A program made the position numbers and the translations under genes. The notes below the pieces were generated by a model that did no database searches, had not been told where the DNA came from, and saw nothing but the letters and a program-made list of their open reading frames with translations. From an uncultured Clostridia bacterium (GTDB lineage Bacteria; Bacillota; Clostridia; HGM11514), in the NCBI GenBank assembly GCA_934464705.1, contig CAKSKB010000002.1, positions 12,667 through 76,666 of the forward strand: a DNA stretch of 64,000 bases, read 5' to 3'. Within the stretch, counting starts at the first letter, position 1. Every line of letters begins with the position of its first letter. Positions 8,347 through 16,366 of the stretch are shown here, piece by piece.

Positions 8347-10070
8347 GCATACGCTATAACTCGGGCGAGGACTGGTTCAAGCATCCCTTCGGCGCAGTAA
8401 AATGTAATACAGAGGTTACCTTCCGCATTGTTGCGGAGGGTAACCCTTTTGCTGTCTTTCTGGTTGCAAACGGCGACAAAATACCCATGCTTGCAGACGA
8501 ATACGATTCGTTTGTATGCAAATACCGTGCGCCGGCAAGCGGTTGTCTTGTATTTTATCATTTTGAAGTTCAATACGATGTGCCGGTTATACTCGGCAAG
8601 GGCGAGGGCTTTTCGGCTGCGGAGGGCAGCGGCAAAGAGTTTCAGCTTACGGTTTATGAGGAAAAATATATACCCGATTGGGTGCGAAATTCCGTCTGCT
8701 ATCAGATTTTTCCCGACAGATTCCGAAGAGAAGGCGATACTCCGTTTAAAAGCGGTTCTTATGTATACGAAAACTGGAGCGACACCCCGGTATACCGCAA
8801 AAATCCGGATGGGAGCATTTCGCAGTGGGACTTTTTCGGCGGTAATTTCAAGGGAATAGAGAGCAAGCTTGGATATCTGAGGGATTTGGGAATAAATCTT
8901 ATTTATCTTAATCCGATTTTTTCGGCACGCAGCAATCACCGTTACGACACGGCAGATTACATGAGGGTTGACAGCGTGCTCGGCACCGAGGAGGATTTCA
9001 AAAGTCTTGTAAGCGCCGCAAAGAAAATGGGGATAAGAATTATTCTTGACGGAGTTTTTAATCACACGGGCTGCGACAGCATATATTTTGATATAAACAA
9101 CCGCACAGGCAGGGGGGCGTACCATAATCCCGATTCCGAATACCGCAGCTGGTATACATTTAAAGATGACGGCAGCTACGACTGCTGGTGGGGAATTACC
9201 GATTTACCGGCGGTGAACGAGCTTGAGCCGAGTTATATTGATTATATAATAACCGGCAAAAATTCGGTTATTAGAAAATGGTTTTCGGACGGGATTGACG
9301 GATGGCGTCTTGATGTTGCAGATGAACTTCCGGACGAATTTCTGAAAATCCTGAGAGCGGAATGCAGAAAAATTAATCCTGACGGGTATGTTCTCGGCGA
9401 GGTATGGGAGGACGCAACAAATAAGATTGCATACGACAAGCTGCGTGAATATTTTACGGCCGACGAACTTGACGGTGTGATGAATTATCCTTTCAGGGAC
9501 AATGTGATTGCGTTTGAAAAGGGCGAAATAACAGCCGGTGAGCTTGCGGGAATTTTCCTGGAGCTTTCGGAAAATTACCCTCATGAAAATATGCTTTCCT
9601 GTCTTTCGATTCTCGGTACGCATGACAGCGAGAGGATTCTGTCGGCTCTGGGCGGTGATACAAACGCTCTTAAAAGAGCTTCGGCGCTGCAAATGGTTTA
9701 TTCGGGTGTGCCGTGTGTGTATTACGGTGACGAAGCGGGTGTCTTGGGCGGCGATGACCCCGACAACCGACGCTGCTTTCCGTGGGGGAACGAAAATGCG
9801 GAACTTATTGCATGGTACAGAAAGATTATAGGAATAAGACATGAAAATGCGGTGCTGAACGGTGGAAGAGTGTGGTTCGGCAGTGTCGGCGATGATGTGT
9901 TTTATATAAAGCGCTTTGACGAAACCGATTTATTCTATGTGTTTGTTAACCGCAGCGGCAATGAGGTGGTAACCGACTGGGGAGAGGAACTTTGTGACAT
10001 CGAAACGGGTGAAAAAATAAACGGCTCAGTTTCGGTTAAGCCGTTCGGTATTAGATTTTTGAAAGTTTAA
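8343..10070 (+). CDS. GH13 alpha-amylase family enzyme (neopullulanase / cyclomaltodextrinase-like)
   Basis: YQIFPDRF, DGVFNHTG, GWRLDVADE, GEVWED and THDSER correspond to GH13 conserved regions I-IV. The ATG overlaps the glgP stop. Confidence 0.85.
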   Translation: MSIRYNSGEDWFKHPFGAVKCNTEVTFRIVAEGNPFAVFLVANGDKIPMLADEYDSFVCKYRAPASGCLVFYHFEVQYDVPVILGKGEGFSAAEGSGKEFQLTVYEEKYIPDWVRNSVCYQIFPDRFRREGDTPFKSGSYVYENWSDTPVYRKNPDGSISQWDFFGGNFKGIESKLGYLRDLGINLIYLNPIFSARSNHRYDTADYMRVDSVLGTEEDFKSLVSAAKKMGIRIILDGVFNHTGCDSIYFDINNRTGRGAYHNPDSEYRSWYTFKDDGSYDCWWGITDLPAVNELEPSYIDYIITGKNSVIRKWFSDGIDGWRLDVADELPDEFLKILRAECRKINPDGYVLGEVWEDATNKIAYDKLREYFTADELDGVMNYPFRDNVIAFEKGEITAGELAGIFLELSENYPHENMLSCLSILGTHDSERILSALGGDTNALKRASALQMVYSGVPCVYYGDEAGVLGGDDPDNRRCFPWGNENAELIAWYRKIIGIRHENAVLNGGRVWFGSVGDDVFYIKRFDETDLFYVFVNRSGNEVVTDWGEELCDIETGEKINGSVSVKPFGIRFLKV

Positions 10071-10078
10071 AAGGAAAA

Positions 10079-10105
10079 AGGCATACCCGTCGATATGCCT
10101 TTTTA
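10079..10105 (+). terminator. Rho-independent terminator of the rex-glg operon
   Basis: AGGCATA-N8-TATGCCT followed by TTTTT, 9 nt after the GH13 stop. Confidence 0.6.
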
Positions 10106-10141
10106 TTTTCCAACATGACGTCACTTGTTAAATTACAAAAA

Positions 10142-10312
10142 TTAGTTGCTCTGACTGGAAGATTCGAAACTTTTGATTTCGTAAACTGTGATGGGCGTAC
10201 CGTCTGTAGCTTCTTCCTGTCCTACCTTTGTATAAGAAGGAGAACCTGACGCGAATGCCCTGTCAAAAGCAAGCTTAGTGATTTCAAGTGTTGGTTTTGA
10301 GTACTGCTTCAT
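10142..10312 (-). CDS. Small hypothetical protein (56 aa)
   Basis: MKQYSKPTLEITKLAFDRAFASGSPSYTKVGQEEATDGTPITVYEIKSFESSSQSN. GGGGG RBS-like run upstream. Codon usage resembles rpsT and the S-layer gene. Has its own consensus-like promoter. Confidence 0.4.
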   Translation of the reverse strand: MKQYSKPTLEITKLAFDRAFASGSPSYTKVGQEEATDGTPITVYEIKSFESSSQSN

Positions 10313-10416
10313 AATGCTTATAAACCCCCAAACTCTTAAAATGAATAACCGAAAGCAAAACCCAAATCCCGGCGATGTACCGCCGGAAAAAGACTTTACT
10401 ACCAATTACAACTATA

Positions 10417-10445
10417 TTATATCAGCATTTTTTTAATTTGTAAAG
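10417..10445 (-). promoter_or_regulatory. Sigma-A-type promoter for the 56-aa ORF
   Basis: Minus strand reads TTTACA-17 nt-TATAAT. It would give a ~100-nt 5' UTR containing a CCGGCG-N6-CGCCGG hairpin. Confidence 0.5.
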
Positions 10446-10521
10446 AGTTTTTTTGAAAAAATTTCAAATTAGGCACATTGCACATAAGCTCAGTCGGATT
10501 TTTGGTGAATGTGCCGAAAAA

Positions 10522-11616
10522 TCAAACATTAAACCTGAATAATACTACATCTCCGTCGCAGAAAACATATTCCTTGCCTTCCGAGCGCACAAGCCCTTTT
10601 TCTTTTGCGGCGTTATAGCTTCCGCAGGCGATGAGGTCATCATACGAAACAACCTCCGCGCGGATAAAGCCTTTTTCAAAATCCGAATGTATTTTTCCTG
10701 CCGCCTGCGGCGCCTTTGTGCCTTCGGTGATTGTCCATGCACGCACCTCTTTCGGTCCTGCCGTGAGGTAGCTTATGAGTCCCAAAAGCTTGTAGCTTGC
10801 CTTTATGAGGCGGTCAAGCCCCGATTCGGAAAGCCCCATTTCGGATAAAAACATCATTTTTTCATCATCGGGAAACTCCGCAATTTCCTGTTCCATTCCG
10901 GCGCATATCGGCAGAACTTCAGCGCCTTCGGAATCCGCAATTTCCTTTACAACACTAACGAATTTGTTGTTTTCTATCCCGTCCGCAAAATCATTTTCCG
11001 AAACATTTGCGGCATAAAGTACCTTTTTGCGCGTCAGAAGCTGCATATCGGATATGCATTTTTCCTCATCTTCAGAAAGTTCAACCGTCGACGCGGCTTT
11101 GCCGGCATCAAGCGCCGTCTTGATTTTTTTAAGCACTTCAACCGTTTCGGCAAGCGATTTGTCGTTCTTTGCCATTTTTACGCCGCGCTCAAGGCGTTTA
11201 TCAACCGCTTCCAAATCCGCCAGAACAAGCTCTAAAGTGATTGTTTCAATATCACGCTTCGGGTCAATCGAGCCCTCGACATGCACGATATTTTCATCCT
11301 CAAAGCATCTTACAACATGAACGATTGCGTCAACCTCTCTTATATGTGACAGGAATTTATTGCCCAGACCTTCTCCGTGGCTTGCGCCCTTTACAAGTCC
11401 GGCAATATCAACGAACTCAACCACCGCAGGGGTTACCTTTTCGGGGTTGTATATTTTTGCAAGAGTGTCCAGCCGCTCATCGGGAACCGCCACCATGCCG
11501 ACATTCGGCTCAATCGTACAGAACGGGTAGTTCGCCGACTCCGCACCCGCCTTTGTTATTGCATTGAATAATGTGCTTTTTCCGACATTCGGAAGACCTA
11601 CTATACCGAGTTTCAT
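10522..11616 (-). CDS. ychF: Ribosome-binding / redox-regulated ATPase YchF
   Basis: MKLGIVGLPNVGKSTLFNA...FCTIEPN...D.AGLV.GAS.GEGLGN.FL and a C-terminal TGS-like domain. Confidence 0.95.
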   Translation of the reverse strand: MKLGIVGLPNVGKSTLFNAITKAGAESANYPFCTIEPNVGMVAVPDERLDTLAKIYNPEKVTPAVVEFVDIAGLVKGASHGEGLGNKFLSHIREVDAIVHVVRCFEDENIVHVEGSIDPKRDIETITLELVLADLEAVDKRLERGVKMAKNDKSLAETVEVLKKIKTALDAGKAASTVELSEDEEKCISDMQLLTRKKVLYAANVSENDFADGIENNKFVSVVKEIADSEGAEVLPICAGMEQEIAEFPDDEKMMFLSEMGLSESGLDRLIKASYKLLGLISYLTAGPKEVRAWTITEGTKAPQAAGKIHSDFEKGFIRAEVVSYDDLIACGSYNAAKEKGLVRSEGKEYVFCDGDVVLFRFNV

Positions 11617-11776
11617 TACTATTTCGCTCCTTTGAATCTATTACAGCATATATTATATACCAAATTTGATTTTTTTGCAAGTGCTAATCTGATTTTTGAT
11701 TTGAATTTTATTGACTTTTCCGCAGCGGTGGTATATAATAAATGTAATCCAAAACATTTCGGAAAGGATTATCAAA

Positions 11777-12457
11777 ATGAAAATTCTGGTTGCTGATGAC
11801 GATAAAAATATTTGCGAGCTGATTGGACTTTATCTCCAAAAAGACGGTTATGAGCCTATATTTGCATATGACGGTGCGGAAGCGGTTGAAAAATTCAAGG
11901 AGGTTCAGCCGTCGCTTGTGGTGCTTGATCTTATGCTTCCGAAGCTTGACGGTTACGGTGTGTGCCGTGAAATAAGGCAAATCAGCAAGATTCCGATTAT
12001 TATGCTTACGGCAAGGGGAGAAACCTTTGACAAGGTCTTGGGCCTTGAAATGGGGGCGGACGACTACATGGTAAAGCCTTTCGACGGCAAAGAGCTTGTT
12101 GCGAGAATCAAAGCCGTTATGAGAAGATACGAGCCGGCGGCGGTTTCCGCCAAGGAAGCGGTTTTTCCCGGACTTTCGGTAAGCCTTGACACCTACGAAC
12201 TGAAGGTTGACGGCAAAACCGTCGAAATGCCGCCGAAAGAACTTGAACTGCTCTACTTCCTCTGTTCGCACCCGAATCAGGTATTCACAAGAGATCAGCT
12301 TCTGGACAAGGTGTGGGGATTCGATTATGTCGGTGAGACGAGAACGGTCGATGTACACATAAAAAGAGTGCGCGAAAAAATCGGCAGCGGCTCTAACTGG
12401 GAACTTAAAACAATTTACAGCGTCGGCTATAAATTCGAGGTAAAGTCAAATGCCTAA
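11777..12457 (+). CDS. OmpR/PhoB-family response regulator
   Basis: MKILVADDD...VVLDLMLPKLDG...LTA...GADDYMVKPF receiver domain plus a winged-helix C-terminus (RTVDVHI.R.R.K). Start moved to the ATG at 11777. Confidence 0.9.
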   Translation: MKILVADDDKNICELIGLYLQKDGYEPIFAYDGAEAVEKFKEVQPSLVVLDLMLPKLDGYGVCREIRQISKIPIIMLTARGETFDKVLGLEMGADDYMVKPFDGKELVARIKAVMRRYEPAAVSAKEAVFPGLSVSLDTYELKVDGKTVEMPPKELELLYFLCSHPNQVFTRDQLLDKVWGFDYVGETRTVDVHIKRVREKIGSGSNWELKTIYSVGYKFEVKSNA

Positions 12458-13865
12458 GTCTGTTTTTTCAAAAATATATCTTTCCGGCGTAATCATTTTA
12501 ATAATAACTTTCCTCACAACCGGCTGGCTCATGATTAACACTCTGACCTCATACGTTACAAAAAACGAGGAAAATTCGGCTCTTTCGTCCGCACAGGAAA
12601 TTGCGGATCTGGTCAAGTACCGTTCGTCCGAAAATAACGAACTTTTCAACAGAATTATACAGTCCTATGCAAACCGCCTTGACGCAACCGTTTTTGTATG
12701 CAATTCAAAAGGTATGGTTCTGCTTTCTTCCGGTGCGGTTTCCGGCAGGCTCAACGAATATCTTCCGGCGGGATATCTGCTTTCGGAAAAGCAGTATAAA
12801 AGGGTGGTAAACGGTGAAACAATCAACGAAAACGGAAGCTTTGACGGGTATTTTTCACAAAGCGTAGCAACGGCTGCGGTTCCGCTTGTAATTGACGGAC
12901 AGACAGTCGGCGGCGTATTCGTGTGCAGGGCGCTTCCGGATGCCAACAAACTTATCGGGAACGCAAAACAATACTTTTTCCTGTCTATTCTTGCGCTGCT
13001 GCTTGTTTCGTCATTTATAATGTATCTTACCGCAAAAAAGATAACAAAGCCGATAAAACGCATGAAAAAAGCGGCAAAGGCTTTTTCTGCCGGATGTTTT
13101 GACGAGAGAATCGGCATAACGGGCAGCGGCGAAATAGCGGAGCTTGCCGCAGAGTTTGACGCAATGGCGGACAGTCTTGAAAATCTGGAAAACAACAGAA
13201 GAATGTTTGTCGCCGATGTTTCACATGAATTAAGAACGCCTATGACAACGATTTCGGGATTCATCGAGGGTATGCTCGACGGGACGATTCCTTCCGAAAG
13301 CCGTGACAAGTACCTCAAAATCGTACTTGACGAATCAAAGCGGCTGACGCGGCTTGTGAATGACCTTCTTTATGCCGAAAAATACCGCAGAAACGAAATA
13401 ACTCTCACAAAAGAAATTTTTGATATCAACGAACTTGTGCGCCTTGCTCTTATCAGCTTTGAGCAGAGAATTACGGATAAAAACATACACGCCGAGGCGG
13501 ACTTCCTGCATGAATCCGAGGAGGTCAACGCCGACCGCGACAGTATTCAGAGGGTTATCACAAATCTTGTTGATAATGCGATAAAGTTTACCGAAAACGG
13601 CGGAACGGTCAGGGTTTCAACATCAAGAAGCGGCGATTTTACGGAGGTTTCCGTTTTTAACTCCGGGAGCTTTATTTCGCTCGAGGACAGAAAAAAGATT
13701 TTTGACCGTTTTTACAAAACCGACAAATCAAGAGGTATTGACAAAAACGGCGTGGGCTTAGGGCTTCACATTGTAAAAAGTATTCTGTCGGAGCACGGCG
13801 GGACTATTTCGGTTGACAGTGACGGCAGCGGTACAACATTTACATTTAAAATTAAAAGGACTTGA
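12450..13865 (+). CDS. Sensor histidine kinase (2 TM, HAMP, HisKA, HATPase_c)
   Basis: FVADVSHELRTPMTTI (H-box), NLVDNAIKFT (N-box), GVGLGLHIV (G-box). Overlaps the regulator gene by 8 nt. Confidence 0.9.
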   Translation: MPKSVFSKIYLSGVIILIITFLTTGWLMINTLTSYVTKNEENSALSSAQEIADLVKYRSSENNELFNRIIQSYANRLDATVFVCNSKGMVLLSSGAVSGRLNEYLPAGYLLSEKQYKRVVNGETINENGSFDGYFSQSVATAAVPLVIDGQTVGGVFVCRALPDANKLIGNAKQYFFLSILALLLVSSFIMYLTAKKITKPIKRMKKAAKAFSAGCFDERIGITGSGEIAELAAEFDAMADSLENLENNRRMFVADVSHELRTPMTTISGFIEGMLDGTIPSESRDKYLKIVLDESKRLTRLVNDLLYAEKYRRNEITLTKEIFDINELVRLALISFEQRITDKNIHAEADFLHESEEVNADRDSIQRVITNLVDNAIKFTENGGTVRVSTSRSGDFTEVSVFNSGSFISLEDRKKIFDRFYKTDKSRGIDKNGVGLGLHIVKSILSEHGGTISVDSDGSGTTFTFKIKRT

Positions 13866-13891
13866 CTGAAAGCCAAGTCCTCTTTTGTATC

Positions 13892-14806
13892 TTATTTGCC
13901 GGTTCTCTGCGATATGCCCTTAATGGAATTGATTACAAACTCGTCATTTTCGGTTGTAATTATACTGCCGCAGTACGGGCAGCGAGCTGTTTTATTGATT
14001 TCAACCGGTGCGCCGCAGTTGGGGCAGTTGACTGCCTTTGTTCCTGTGCCGTGAGCAGTCTTTTTGCCTGTCGGACGGGTGAGTTCCCATTCGTAGGTCA
14101 TGAATTTCTCGGCTGTCTTGCTGCCGGAAACAACATTGCCCGTTTTGTCATCAAGCGTATAGTCAATAATTCTCGTCTTGATTTCCGCATAAATCTTATC
14201 TTCGGTTTCGCTCTGTGTGAAGCCCTCAAGTTCAACCGAAAGCACTGCAATCCGCTCAATATGGTTGGTCTGCTTTGCGTCAATTATACCCTTAAGCTGC
14301 ATTTCCATCTGAGAATAGAAGGAATCCGTGAAGAACGGACGCAGTTCTTCAATATTCTTATTCTGCCAGCACTGCTGCATACGAACATAAAGATTTGAAA
14401 GTTTTTCCTTCATTTCCGCTTCCGAGAAGCCCTCGTCAATTGCAGTATATTCGCTTATGGGCTTGAGGTTTGCGGGTCTTGAAACCGTATGACGAACCGG
14501 TGCCGAGCCACTGTTTTTGCCTTTCTTTGCGCCGGATATGGCTATTATCACAACAATAATAACAATCACAAATACTGTTGTTCCGAGCGAGCCGCCGCCA
14601 TCGCTTTCGTCATCGCCCGAAAAGTAATCAATCGAAAGGCCGGAACTGTCGTAATCACTGCTGCTACTGCTGTAGTCGCTGCCACCTCCGCCGTAATCCG
14701 AATTGCCGGAATAACTTCCGAAATCAGCCTTTGATGACAGGGTTACCGCCAGCATACATACGCACAGCACGGCGAAAACCGCTATCTTATGTAACCGTTT
14801 TTTCAT
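13892..14806 (-). CDS. Membrane-anchored Tim44-like-domain protein with C-terminal zinc ribbon
   Basis: Signal/anchor sequence, a low-complexity GS/SDY region, a TM helix, a Tim44-like segment (FSEAEMKEKLSNLYVRMQQCWQNKNIEELRPFFTDSFY), then CPNCGAP...CPYCG. Confidence 0.55.
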   Translation of the reverse strand: MKKRLHKIAVFAVLCVCMLAVTLSSKADFGSYSGNSDYGGGGSDYSSSSSDYDSSGLSIDYFSGDDESDGGGSLGTTVFVIVIIVVIIAISGAKKGKNSGSAPVRHTVSRPANLKPISEYTAIDEGFSEAEMKEKLSNLYVRMQQCWQNKNIEELRPFFTDSFYSQMEMQLKGIIDAKQTNHIERIAVLSVELEGFTQSETEDKIYAEIKTRIIDYTLDDKTGNVVSGSKTAEKFMTYEWELTRPTGKKTAHGTGTKAVNCPNCGAPVEINKTARCPYCGSIITTENDEFVINSIKGISQRTGK

Positions 14807-14946
14807 TTCTGATGCTCCTCATTATGTTATTTGCACCTATTATAACATATTCCGCACCGGATTTCAATATAATTAAAAAAATTGACGGATTTTATTTTAA
14901 AATGTAAAATCCCCCGTGCAAGGTTTTTGCACAGGGGGTTGGAGAA

Positions 14947-15276
14947 TTATTTGCACTGGTACGAGTCGCAGCAGGTATTTGCCGAACAGGTACATTCGTT
15001 GTTGCTGCAGTGGCAGGTCTGAACCTCAATTGCAGAGAGGTCGCACTTTTTGTGGTCGTTAAACAGGCAGTGCTCTGCATCGCATCTTATGGAGGTTCCG
15101 TCATAAGTCGGTGTTGAAACATCGTCTGTAATGCCGTTGGATTCCATAAATGTTTCGCAGCAGGTGCCGTCTACGGTCTTTGCGCTTTCGCCGCCGATAT
15201 GAACATCGCCGGTTGCGCATCTGCCGTCAAGGTTAAACTTGCAGTCATAAACCGAGCAGTCAATTGTTGCTTTCAT
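14947..15276 (-). CDS. Cys-rich protein with two DUF1540-like repeats
   Basis: Two copies of C-x2-x-C-x-(F/Y)N...C-x-A/L..I.V (CSVYDCKFNLDGRCATGDVHI and CDAEHCLFNDHKKCDLSAIEV). AGGAG RBS 9 nt before the ATG at 15276. Confidence 0.6.
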   Translation of the reverse strand: MKATIDCSVYDCKFNLDGRCATGDVHIGGESAKTVDGTCCETFMESNGITDDVSTPTYDGTSIRCDAEHCLFNDHKKCDLSAIEVQTCHCSNNECTCSANTCCDSYQCK

Positions 15277-15339
15277 ACTCAAACACTCCTTTGATTTTTT
15301 ATTTCATAGAGTATTATTGACCGTTTTTGATTAAAATAT

Positions 15340-16320
15340 TTATGCAAGAATTGCTTTTGCAATAAATTTTTCGAGTGTTATTTGGGGTTTCCTCATTGCG
15401 CTTGACTTAAGTTCAAGGTCACATTCACACGCAAGTTTAATTATTTTCGATAGGCTGCTGCGGCTGATTTTTGTGTTTGAACAAAGCTTAATCGGGTACG
15501 GCTTCATGCCCAGTTTCTGCGGTGTGCGGTTTTGGGGCGAAGCGGATTTGACCTTATAAATATCAGTCATTCTTTTTCCGATAAGCGCACAGATCGCAAT
15601 CGGTTCTTCGCGCAGTGTTTCAAGTTCTCGCAGAATTTGGTATGCCTTGGCGGAATTTTTCGCCAGTATTGCGTCCGAAAGTTCAAAAATTCGGTTTTCA
15701 ACAGATTTTGTCACAATCGTGTCTATTTCATCATGCGAAATTACTTCGTTTGCCGAAAACGAACACAGTTTTTTGACTTCGTTTTCTATGACTTCCATCG
15801 AGCTGCCGGTACAGTTCAACAAAAACTCAATATTGGAAACAGTCATCTTTTTGCCGAGCTTATTCACCATTATATTGACCCACGATTTTAACTGTGCGTC
15901 CGTCATATATGAAAATTCAACCGCTGCGCCGTTTTTTTCGACCGCCGAAAGCAGTTTTTTCTGTTTTTTATCTATGTTCTTCTCTCTGAAAATTACGGTT
16001 GCATAATCGGGAATTTCAGAAAGTTCCGAAATCAAAAAATCCTTTGCGGCGCCCGGCTTTTCAAAAATCCCGGTGCGATTGTAAACTATCAGCTTCCTTT
16101 CGGCGAACGCCGGCAGTGTGTTTATTGCATCTGTAAACCCTTTTTCGTCAAATTCATCGAACATCGCAAAATTCAAATCTTCAAGTGATGGGTTATCTAT
16201 GATTTTTGCCTTTATCTGCGAGATATAGAGCTTGACTAAATATTCCTCTTCTCCGTAAAAAAGATAAAGGTTTTTGATGTTGCCGTCCGACACGGTTTTT
16301 TTAAGTTCTTTTATATCCAT
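15340..16320 (-). CDS. holA: DNA polymerase III delta subunit
   Basis: NLYLFYGEEEYL, position immediately after comEC, and overall HolA-like layout. Start placed at MDIKELKK with GGAGGAAATGCATT upstream. Confidence 0.8.
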   Translation of the reverse strand: MDIKELKKTVSDGNIKNLYLFYGEEEYLVKLYISQIKAKIIDNPSLEDLNFAMFDEFDEKGFTDAINTLPAFAERKLIVYNRTGIFEKPGAAKDFLISELSEIPDYATVIFREKNIDKKQKKLLSAVEKNGAAVEFSYMTDAQLKSWVNIMVNKLGKKMTVSNIEFLLNCTGSSMEVIENEVKKLCSFSANEVISHDEIDTIVTKSVENRIFELSDAILAKNSAKAYQILRELETLREEPIAICALIGKRMTDIYKVKSASPQNRTPQKLGMKPYPIKLCSNTKISRSSLSKIIKLACECDLELKSSAMRKPQITLEKFIAKAILA

Positions 16321-16366
16321 AATGCATTTCCTCCGAATTTTGAGTGAGTTTCTTCCTATTAATATA

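Noticed and set aside
8295-9125. 276-aa minus-strand ORF
   Set aside because: Antisense to the GH13 gene, whose conserved regions I-IV are unambiguous.
10142-10312. The 56-aa ORF as a RiPP/bacteriocin precursor, because of the MK.Y.KP.LE leader-like start
   Set aside because: It has no Cys residues, no Gly-Gly or similar cleavage motif, and no radical-SAM, lanthipeptide, protease or ABC-transporter genes nearby.
14600-14720. Apparent short tandem repeats in the DNA (GTAGTC / GCTGCT-type)
   Set aside because: They encode the low-complexity GS/SDY linker (SGNSDYGGGGSDYSSSSSDYDSSG) of the Tim44-like membrane protein. This is not a non-coding repeat or CRISPR array.
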